Source: Albugo candida (Eukaryota). Taken from it: DNA of 64,000 nucleotides. Positions 24,270 through 35,489 of this stretch are shown piece after piece (the stretch's first letter is position 1; each line of letters starts with the position of its first letter). The DNA lies in contig JBDOQK010000027.1 in NCBI GenBank assembly GCA_040437565.1, positions 310,001 to 374,000 on the forward strand, read 5' to 3'. The position numbers and the translations under genes were made by a program. The notes beneath the pieces are model-generated. The model searched no databases, was not told the origin of the DNA, and saw only the letters and a list, made by a program, of their open reading frames with translations.

Positions 24270-24942
24270 TAATAAAACACACTTGCAAGTATAGTGGTAC
24301 ACTGTTCACTCGTAGTTTAGTATACGAGGATACACTCGCAGTTATACAGATTCGTGCCGTCACATTCTCATCAGAATCGATCAGATAGATGACAAGCGTC
24401 TGGAGTGGGTGGATATTAAACAGATATACATTTTCTCTACCAATTTTTGAATTAATTGTTTGACCCTTGTCTCACACCGTGTATTATACACTTCGTGCGA
24501 ACTGTCCGCAATATTATTACAATGAAACGGACGGAACCGTATTTCCTGCTACTGCTCAGACCAGAATCCTTTCTATTAAATATTGACGAACGGAGGTGGG
24601 AGATATCTACTATCCCGCCATAATATGTTGCTATTGCAGTCAATCGCGTTTACCTCTTACAATCATTCTGTCGATATCGATATCTCCAACTTCAACCCAC
24701 TATACGGTATACGTTGAGGAAGAGCGATTGGACTTTTGTCTTCTCTTCCCTGCGGAACAGTATACATATAACAGGTTATTTTCTATACCAGTTTCGCATA
24801 GGTGAGTAGTACTTGTGCCCTCACATTTACGAACTTTTCAACAACTTATCACTGTTCTTATTGTACAAAAGTGATTGTTTCTCGGTTCAAAGGCAAAAAC
24901 CAACCCGATCAATCCCTACAGCAATCACAAACATCATCAAAC

Positions 24943-27900
24943 ATGTCAAATTACGGTGAACACAGTTGCTGTACCGCGCATTCGCATTTATGCTAACGCT
25001 TTTCTTTGCCTCTGAAGACGAGGAAGTAAACGCATTAAAAAAGCATGTTTCGGGACGAGTACAACATCTCGTCGGTCTCTTCGGCAAGAAACCAAACACC
25101 CAATCCGAACGCCAAACTTCCGATCCTTCCAAAGGCAAGTACAGCTCACTTCTATTTATACCACAGCATCACTGATAAGAACGTCATAACAGTGGCTAAA
25201 GCGCGCAAAATTATTGAGAAATCTCAGAGCAAATTGCACTCACACTTTGCAGAAAAGAAAAATGAAATCGAATCAAAACAAACTGCTTCGATAAAGGAAC
25301 AGGAGGAAACACGGAGGAAATCGTACAAGCCGGTCCCCAGTCATGATCCAGTCTATCAGCGTGCCGTGCGTTTACGTGCGGAACAGCGCTCTGCCGGTCA
25401 GAAGCTCATGAATACTCATGTGGAATTGGACGTGTTGACTGAATGTTTCATTGTGCAGAGCTGGAAGCGAAAGCCTCTTTACTGAAGTTCACGCAAAGTG
25501 CCAAATCTTGTGTGGATACTCATGCTGAAGAGTTACGACGTCGAGAACAACGTTATCGAGAGCAAGGTTTGTACTCATCTGATTTGGCTCACCATTCCGT
25601 GCTGACTCCATCGTGTATCGTGCAGAGGCTGCAGCAAAGCGTTTACTCGAGAAAAACACCGACGCGGCTGTATTCACTCAAGGGTACATCAAAGCAAAAG
25701 AAATTGCTACGTATCTCAAACAAAAAGAAACCGAAGCCAAAATCGCGTTGCAGCAATTCCACCATTACGACTATTCCCATAAAATTATACACGTGAATGG
25801 TATAGCCGTACCGAGGGACCCAAACGAACACAACCAATACTTCCCACGTACTTTACACCCATTGCCTCCTTTTATTCCACAACTTACGGTACTTTTGTGC
25901 GGGGTTGAACTTTAGCGCAAGAATATTCGTTTCTCAGCAGTCCGGCGATCCGTTCAGCATCAAAAGCGTCGGCTTCCAAGGCGCTGGAGAGCTATGTCGA
26001 TGGATTATGTACGTAAATTTCACAACACGTGCTTGCACAGGAGCTGAGTGCTGTGTTTTGCAGCGAAAATTGATAGCAACAAGCAGAATGAAGCGCTTTA
26101 TGGAAGAAACTTGGAGATTTTCTCGCCGATTGCCGTGAAAACGGACAATGCGAATGTTGTGGGTGGGAATTATTTGTGGGAGAATGAGCGTCGATCGTAC
26201 ACTTTGCGTTCGCCTCGCTCCAGCGAGGAGAGAAGTCGTTTCTCGTTCGACTCGGGTTCGATGAACGACAAAGAGGCGAACGGGGGAGTCAATGGGAGCA
26301 TTCGGACGCGTTTACAAAAGAAAAGTGACGTTCGCTCGCTGTATGAGATGCAAATTACAAAGACAAAGCGGAAAGAGATGAGCAACAGAAATAGTGCGGA
26401 AGACGGAAAGATGGAAGCTGAGAATGAGAAGTATTCAGATGGTCACGACGGTAATGGGGGAGAAAAGAGCCAAGTCGCGTTGGAAAAGGAGCCAGAGGCA
26501 ATGTCGACTGGTGGGGACGAAGAAGAAATGCTGGAGGCTGAGGAGCAGGGTCAACAGTCGAAGGAAAAAGAAGAACATGCATGCATGGATAGCTCCCAGG
26601 TTAGCTTGGCGAAGGTTGAATCAGAACAGAGGACACAAGTTGTCGCCAAAGATTGTCAAGGTTCCAACGGAAGTGAGAGCTGTGTGGATGCCGTTCATAT
26701 AGTAAGCGATTCAATGATGAAGACAGAAGAATGTGTATCAAGTTTCAAGACTTGGATCACTTCAATGGAAAGCACAGCTTCTGAAAAGAGAAGTGAGGAT
26801 GAAGTCTCTGATCTTGATGAGGAAAAGGATACTGTTACTAATTCCGAAGGAACGATCGATGTAACTTTGAACAGGGATGCACATAAGATGTCGCTGGGTG
26901 ACTGTGTCGAAGTACATGAGGATGATTCTGGAATGATGGTTGACGTCACACAAAAAAGTACAATCGAGAACGTTGACGTGAAGGGAGTGAAAGACACTCT
27001 GACGACTTGCGAATTATCCGAAGCTGTGGTGGGACGTAATGAAAAGAAATGTCTATTGAAGGACGAAGCAGATGCTATACAGTCAAACGATGCAGAAGAG
27101 ATATCGACTGCAGAAAGTACCAACTTGGATGATACTGCTGCCAAGACTGTGGACGAAAACTCAAATGAGACGAAAGTGGACTCCAATGTGGATCGAAAAG
27201 ACATTGGAATGGAGCAAATCTGCTCGAACTCTTTACACAAAACTTATTCCCAAACATACTCTTTTGAACAAGTTACAACAATCACGAGAGTGGACACAGT
27301 ATCATCATTTTCGAAGGAAGAGAGTACAACAAAGTGTGCGGCTAACGAAAATGAGCAATGTTCAGAGTTGAAGAAGAGTATTTTTAATAGCACATTTGCC
27401 TCTGAAACTATCCATGAAGCAGCCAATATTACTTGCAAAAAAGCTGTGAACATGACCGCTGACGACACAACACAGGAATCTCGATCGGAAGGCACGGCTG
27501 CTGTAAGTGACTCAGCAGATAACGAAGAAGCTAGTGTTACTGAAGTCAAGGAGGAGAAATCAGTCGCTCAAAGCTATGAAATCTGCTCAACTTCCCCGCC
27601 CGTTGAGGTCATTTCGGAGCAATTTGATAAAGCCAGCGAATACAATATCGAGACTGTACAAATTGCAGAAGATCTCACTGAAGAGTATATATTGGGTGAT
27701 TGTGCCTTGGCAGGCAAAGAGGTGATGTCTTTAAGTATCTCTGAGGCTGTGATGCTAGACGTCGTAGACAATGAGAAGAGTCACAAATACGTGTCAGAAG
27801 AGAAGATGGAATGTGCTGTTGACGAAACAATCGACACAAACAACGAGTCGTGCAACACAATTAAAGAAGACAAACAAATTGTATCAGAAATTATCGAAGG

Positions 27901-30900
27901 GAATGCAATCAAAAGCATTGAGTCCGCCAGAGGCAACGTGGCATTCGTCGCGGAGACTAACATTGACGCTTTGGAAAGTTCATCGGACCCGAATTTGAAT
28001 GAAGCTACTGAACGTAATCTTGACGCTTCGGTGGTCAAAGTTGAGGACAGATTCGTATTGATGCACGAAAAAGTGATAACCATCGATCACGTTGGTATTG
28101 ATTCAAGTGTTTGCAATGAAGTAGCGCACCAACCAAAGAATGATGGAGAAAGCTTGCTCATACGTGACGCAGAGGCGGAGTCTCTAGCGACGGTCGGTAA
28201 AGCCATTGCGACTTCATGGTACATGGAGCACATCTTGAAGGAAACTATAACATTTATGGAATTCAAATATGGGAGTGCAATAAGCAAACAAAAATCGTTA
28301 TTAGTCTCCCCGGCTGATGAGTCCGCTGATGTTGCCGACGAAAAAGAAGCAATGCACGTACGCACGACTTCCGAAAGCGAAATCAAAATGGAGGTCACAA
28401 ATGACGTGGAAACAGAGGCTCAGACCTTAGAAGCAGATAAAGATTTTCAGATCGATGACATTTCAGAAGGAATCAACGATGATGACACTGAGATGGTTCT
28501 GAATACTGGGAATCGGTCGGATGCTCAAGCTGATGTCACTTGTGTTGACACCGAAGTGATAACTAACGTGAATGGAAGTAGGACCGAAGAAAGCACAATA
28601 ACGACTAAGCATTCACGTGTTACATGTCAAGAATTCGACACAATGCGAACAGATGGTACTCAAGTGATCATAGTAAGCAATGAAAGCGTGGATGATGTAT
28701 CTCATGAAAATCAATGGGAACACAGCGAAAAAGCAGCGTCGAATGTTGAGGTTTATGACTCGGACTTTAAAGATGTCATGAAGTTGACGGATGACGTCTC
28801 GGGATACACTGACAGCGTCACGATTGTCGACAGGCAAAATAGTTTGGAGGTGTCTGATAATGAGAAAGAAGAGATTTTACGAACCGACGAGAGTGATGAA
28901 GAAGTGATCGAGAGCGTGCACTTTGACGCGAGTGTCGTTGAAGAAGCCGAAGTGAAAACGTATCAAGCTCACGAGACAGAACAAGACGATGAGATGACGA
29001 AGGACACATTTGTCGGTATTTCGTGGCACATGAACCAGATCATAAGAGTCACTCTCGAGCACATGGATATGTCGATAATGCTGGCGAATGTATCCAGCAA
29101 TGTTGGAGATTCAGAACAAGTTGAGCACACGTTTGAAAGTGTATCTTCTCTCCCTCAGGACAGTTCCGAGAATTCAAGGTTCCCAATATCGAGTCGACTC
29201 GAAGGTACGGTCGGTGATGAAGCCTCAAGCGACGTCGAAGAAATTGAAGCAAACGACATGGATGATGTTGAATCTGATGACACCAGAATAGTCTCTTCGA
29301 ACGCCGAAACCGTTTTGGAGAGCGTGAGATTGAAAAGTGAAGATCAAGAGGATGTACGACGAGTGTACGGCAATATTTCAAGAATTGAAGTGGAGCTAAA
29401 CGAAGACTATGGCGCCGAAATCGTCGACACTGAAGACATGAGCACAATTAGCGATGTCCAAACTGAAGGAAAGGAGACTCTTGAAACGCACTCTGAAGGA
29501 CATGAATTAGTCGATTTAAGACTCATCGATGAAGCGATTAACTCAGTAGAGACTTCAAATAGTTCGCCCGTGGAAACGGAGGGAGATCTCACGAAGAAAA
29601 AAGACGAAAGAATTGGCTCTTTTGTTGAGACTTTTACGACGGAACATAAATTCATTGGTGTCTCATGGCACATGGAACGTATCGTGAGAACAACCGTCGA
29701 GTATTTAGAGTCAGAGAGGTTTGTCAAACATATAACTGAACCTGAAGAAGTTCGGAATGAAGTTAATGACATACGCAAAAAGGATGTTGTTGACAATTTG
29801 GACGATGTAAAAACATCAGATTCCAAAGCTGAAGTCGAATCTCACTCTGAAAATATCGTCAACGCTTTGGAAAGTCAGAAAGCACTTGATCGAACAATAA
29901 GCAAAGAACGACTCTTGCTGGATAGCAATGTCATCTCTACTGAGAACGAACACAGACTCATTGAAAACATTCCTACCCACGGGTTTTCAGAAATGGAAGC
30001 AATGACTCAATTTGACGCTACAGAAGCAGACTCGGACTTGAATATCGAAGAATTTGGAAGCGATGTGACAGCATCGAGTGACGACGCAGTTACGAGCAAA
30101 CGTAGTGATGATAGCACGCCGGAGGCTCAAGAAGAGAACGTACGTGAAGCTGTGGTCTCTGAAGCTCGTATCGATCGTACTGATGAGATGAAAGGCTCAC
30201 TGATTGAGAATTTCGACGCGGAAAAGCACGCAGAAATGGACGTGAATGAGATAGCCGATAATTCCGTTCTTGTCAACGTGACAGAAGATGTACATGCCGT
30301 AGAAGCAAGTTGCCAATCTCTGGAAAGCAGAATGGAAATAGCTCACGAGGTTATGGACACGTTTGTGGGTGTTTCATGGCACATGAGACACATTATGGAA
30401 AAGGCTTTACAGTCAATAAACATTGACAATATGACTGAAGTCAGAACGGTTCAGACTGAAGAGATGGAAACTTTGAATGAGTCACAATCTGAAAGAGTGG
30501 AACACGGCCAATGGAACGGCTCGCATTCGTCCGATATCCAAGACTCTGGAGATGTGGAGGAAGACACTTTTGGGGAAGGAGACGTTAAAGACGTGCAAAG
30601 CGAGCAAATGATCGAAGACATTGTCGTTCGAATTGTCTCGGATTTGCATGAAGAGCACTCGGCAATCGATTACGTCAAAAACCAAGCGGAGGTCGCAGAA
30701 ATCGCAAATGACAACAATATGGAAGTTTTTGATGATGAGTCATATGCAACGGACTCGGAAAATGAAGAGCACGAGCAACAATATGAATGCGTGGGCGATA
30801 CAACGGATGTGAATATCGAGAGAGCGGATGCTATAGAGCGAATTCGGTTGGATGACGGCTCAGGTATCATAACGCAAATCGAAGAGAGCGAAAGTGTCGC

Positions 30901-33900
30901 AGAGGAAGCGGACATCGAAGGAAATGTGACCGCATCAAACAACGAGGCCGAAGAAGTCGTTTTCCTATCGGATGAATCTTTTACGAGAAATATTTTCAAT
31001 GGAGCGTATGTACAATCGATTTTGAAGAAAACTATCGATTTCATGAGTTTGGAAGAAGAGAAGAATGACGAAAGAGAAATTTCACTTGTTGAAAGTTCAT
31101 TACGTCTCAAGGAAATGGAAGATTTCCAAACGGAAGGAAACGGATCTGAAGAGGGAGAGCTTGTCACTGAGGTTCATGTTACGGATACGATATCTTTGAT
31201 CAACAAAGTCAGCGAAACAGTGACAACACAGTCCGCGCATACCGTTGCTACGACTATCGTACACAGTGAGACAATGAATATCACTCAAGTCCACAGTCAA
31301 AACGATACCGAAGCACTCGATGCTGACGACAAAGATCACGTCCATGCAGATCTGGAAGTAGAAAGTGAAGATGCTGACGCTGAATTTATGAGCGATAACG
31401 ACAACGTACTTTGTCCGGGAATCGAAGATGAAAAAGATGTAATTGTTTCAATGGATGACGGAAACGCATCCGACAAAAATGACGGACACGAGACAGCAGC
31501 TGCGATCATTGAAGACGCACCATCAAGTGTATTGGACGTCATGACAGTCGGCAAAGGTTTGGAAAGTGACAACAATCAAGATTTGATCATTTCTTCTCAT
31601 CGAATGGATGCCGAAGAAACCGAACAAAATGGCGAATACGACAGCTTATCTGAACAAAAAGTCGATAAAGATGTGACGTTACAATTGAATGAAATGGTCA
31701 AAGTCGAACGAATGGAAGTAATGACAGAAGAAAATGAATTCAACCAAAATGTAAGCTTTGTTGAATTCGAATCGATTACAATGGAAGAAACCAAAGTGAC
31801 GACAATAACAACGAGTAGTTGGGAGACGGAAGAAGAAGTTTACGATAACGAAAGCGATGTACTTACACAAAAAGGTAGCAGCGTTTCTATGGAACATAAT
31901 GGAGCACAAAGTGACGCAATTGCATTGTCTGAGAATATCAGCAGAGAGAGCACAACGCTGAATGGAGAGATTGCTATCGTGAAGGACGACGACAGTCATT
32001 CGTCAACGACTGTCACAGCCTTTTTGGACGAAATGATCCAAAGAATTGAGGGCGAAGAATGCACAAAAGTCAGTGATCTGGAGGAAAGCAGGATTGATGA
32101 TCTCACTGCTCGAGCAGACACTGAGATGGAGACAGCACGAGAAGTTGCACAAAAATTTGTGCAAATGATTTGGAATGAAGCTATCACCGCTATAAGCTTT
32201 CAATCAACCAATGGCCACAATCGTAATGTGTCTGAAGAAGAAACGGACAGCAAAGATGTGGAAGTATCCCGTAATGAAGAAACACACAGTTTGCTCGAAG
32301 ACGATCAAAATGTGCTCACAAACACGACCGAAGAAGCAATTATGGAGGTCAACGCAAATGGAAACGAAACCGTTTACCGTCAGCAAAATGGATTTGAAAA
32401 CAAACAAGTTGACGATTCCAGCAGCGATGGAATGAGTTGCGAAGAGGAAGAAATGATTGATGAGACAGAATGTACGGAATATGAGCAAGTTGTGACGACA
32501 GTCAGAACCGTATCGAAGACAACCTGTGAGACTATCGAATTTGAGCAATTTGAAGAATCACGTGGCGGCATCGAGTCTTTCGCGAAAACCTTGGCTCATT
32601 CATCGTTGGCTGACGGCGACATTACTGAGAACGAGACATTGATCGTCAATGATATCGTCTCATCGGAAACCTGCAGCGACCAAAAGTATCAAAACACACT
32701 TGATATGACGGTAACAAATGATGAAGAGCATATCGAATATCGATCGAATACCTCACAAGTTAAAACAGTCTCACAAATAGTCGAAGAACTTGTGGACGTG
32801 TCTGTAAAGATGTCAGAAGTGGACGAAGGTGCCCAAATTGATGAAAATCATCCAAACACTCTGAGAATCGAATCAAACGAGACTTCTGACAGCGAAGACA
32901 CGAATTCTGATACTTTGGAGAGTGACGTTATTGAGATCGAAGATGTACAATCGGAAGATCGTTCCATTGCATTAGATGAGCAATCAGAAGCGTCAACTGA
33001 GGCTGAGGAAGCGATTGAGAAAGAAGCAGACACTTTCGTTATCGCTTCAGATATTGTCGACAATCTCATCACAATCGTTCAAGATCAGCCTCTAGTGAAT
33101 TCCATCGACACCGATGCAGATGGAGAGAGTGCAAGTGCAATTGCTGATGTTGATTCTCATGAATGTGACGCATTTGCATCCAATGATTTTCCCATCAAAA
33201 GTCCAAGCAATGACAGGGGCTTGACGAAGAAGACATCTGAAGCGAGCACCTATTCAGAAGATGTGGAGATGAAAAGCTCGCTGGAAGTCGATTCTCATAC
33301 AGAGATTGCGACTGGAAAATGTATAACAGTCTCAACTTTGTCGAAAGAATTGATTGACTTAGTGATCGACAACATATCAGAAAGCGACTCTCATTCGAAT
33401 GTTCTGAACGAAAAGGAGACCGTCTCAGTAGAGCAATCAATGTCTCGCGATTTTGCGAGCGACACATCCGACCAAATTGAATCGCCAGCCGAAGAATCAA
33501 TGGATTCGGATGTTCAGAAAGTTGTTTCTCGACGCATTTTCACTGAGGAAAGTGTGAGTACAATCACAACAGAAGCATCCATTCGTTCGATCAGTTCAGT
33601 GTCGAAAGCTGACAGCAATGACAGTGTCACGCATACAAATGTGTATAGCACTTTGGAAGAGATCACCACATTCTCCAGTGAGCATTCCAATCAGAGTATC
33701 AAAGTCATCGAAACATTCGCATCCGACGCCAAAGCGATAGAATCCACTGAAGAGAATGATATCGCATCAGAGAAAGAATTGAAAGTGACTGAAGAATCAC
33801 ATTGTGACGATGAAGAGGGCGGAATTGACAGTACATTGGATGAATTCAAACCAGCGAAATCGTCTTTGGATGATGACAGCAATGAAAAGCGCGTATCGTC

Positions 33901-34564
33901 ACAATCTCGAGGAAGCTTTGGCTCGTTCCTGAAAACATTCAATTTACGCGGAAGCGGCATACGTCGGCAATCAGAACAAAGCCATAAAGAGCGAAGAGAA
34001 TCAATCAAAGTGAAAAATGACACGGAAGACTCTGTTCTTATTGCCAGTGAAGTCGATAGTGAAGAGTTCCATGATACCAATGACGAATCGGAAGCTTTTG
34101 AGAAGGAAAAGTTGGAATACCAGGAATTGCCTCACGCGCGCGACAGTATCGAGCGAGGATCATTCAGCAGCTTTGAAGGAAGCAGAAGCAGTATCCCCGG
34201 CCTTTCATCTCCAATCCCACAAAACCTTTCAACGTACCATGATCTCGATACAACTACAGCATCAGTGGCCAACTTTCTGTTGGGAGCGCAATCGGAATCG
34301 GTTGAAGAGCGCCCTCTTGTGCAGTACGACTTGAGCACTTCAGCTTCCGATGCTTTTGAAGATGCGAAATCGAATCGGACAGCTACGGAATCTTCAGAAA
34401 CTCGCGTTTCCATTGAGGAAAGCAAAAACAGCAAAGCGGTCAGTGACGAAGAACAGATGGAAGCAAATGCTGACACTAAATCAGCTTCTAAAAGCCGCTT
34501 TGGAGCATTCAAATCAAGCTCATTTGCGAAGAAACTCGGATGGAAGAGTTCTTCTGGAAGTTAA
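24943..34564 (+). CDS. Giant (~3,085 aa) acidic, probably largely disordered protein; 6 short 5' introns and an 8.5-kb terminal exon
   Basis: Proposed exons 24943-24955, 25018-25134, 25193-25396, 25459-25566, 25626-25847, 25916-26008 and 26064-34564 give one continuous frame (9258 nt, all introns phase 1). Terminal exon is the 2838-codon E/D/S/T-rich ORF. Confidence 0.78.
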
Positions 34565-34640
34565 GGCACTTGATAGGAATGAATGCGTTGGAGTAGTTGA
34601 AGTATTTTGTGATTGATACAAAAATACAATTCTTTTAATA

Positions 34641-35153
34641 GAAATTGTGGATGGTCCCTCCGTGGAGGGGTCTCGAGAAATTAAGAAAGTTATCACAGTG
34701 AAGCCTTTCGGCGACAGCTTGGCGGAGATAACTGATACAGCCTATACAGGGATAACTCCCATACGCACATACGTAACGACTGCTCAGGCATTCTTATAAC
34801 AAGTCATAAGGTCCTGTAATTGATTTACCACTTGCTCGAATGCGTTTGAAGAGCGATCTTTGAGACCAATCGCTGCCACTACTGGTAATCCGAGCGGCGA
34901 TCTACGGAATGATATGAGAACAATACGAACGTACTTTTGTAATGATGTGACCTTACCCAATACGCTCCAGAAACTGGCGAGCGTACACCAACAGCAGAGG
35001 ATCATCTCTTCGTCCCAATAAAACTTGAACTTCGGACTGGAAGTTCTCACTTAAAGACTCTCGTTTCCGGGCTTGCACCTGGGGGGAACTGATCAGTCTT
35101 TCAGTTCAAATGGAGTCTTACGCATTGCGCATCGATGAGAGTACCACAGTTCC
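34641..35153 (-). ncRNA. Candidate structured non-coding RNA of unknown class
   Basis: At least 10 short helices in ~500 nt of intergenic DNA; GAAA and CUUG tetraloops and G-U wobbles mostly on the minus strand; 3' Sm-like AAUUUCUCG followed by a hairpin. Confidence 0.5.
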
Positions 35154-35489
35154 AAATGTGTCAATTTGAGACACAATAATGAAAATCTGATTTGTAAAAA
35201 TTGAAAGACATAAATTGGTATCGTGACCGTTAATTACCTTTGAAATACAGACAGACACTCATCCTCAGACGCACACAACCGAAAGCAACACATTCACTCA
35301 CTTTATACGCAGAAAAAGTTTTAGGAGTCGGCGCACTCTCAATCTTTAAACTCTCAAATTCTGACTCCATTTTGTATCCACTTTTATTGATATCTCATAA
35401 ATACGACTTCTATTTGGGTTACTTTTCCATTCCTCATCCACTCACGAACCATTTTTACACTCTGAAACGGATGGGATGACTTCTCTAAA

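Noticed and set aside
26170-34512. Many antisense ORFs within the giant acidic and other long genes
   Set aside because: Shadow ORFs expected from the codon bias of the real sense-strand CDS.
34784-35050. 88-aa minus-strand ORF
   Set aside because: Non-ATG start, no recognisable motif, and it lies inside the helix-dense region better explained as structured RNA.
34641-35153. Specific assignment as telomerase RNA, RNase MRP, SRP RNA, spliceosomal snRNA, TPP riboswitch or hammerhead
   Set aside because: Only partial look-alikes (AGUUAU, CGGAAACG, GAACUGAUC, CAAAUGGAG); no CCCUAAA template, clean P4 pseudoknot pair, SRP AGCAG or CUGANGA core found by eye. A covariance-model search is needed.
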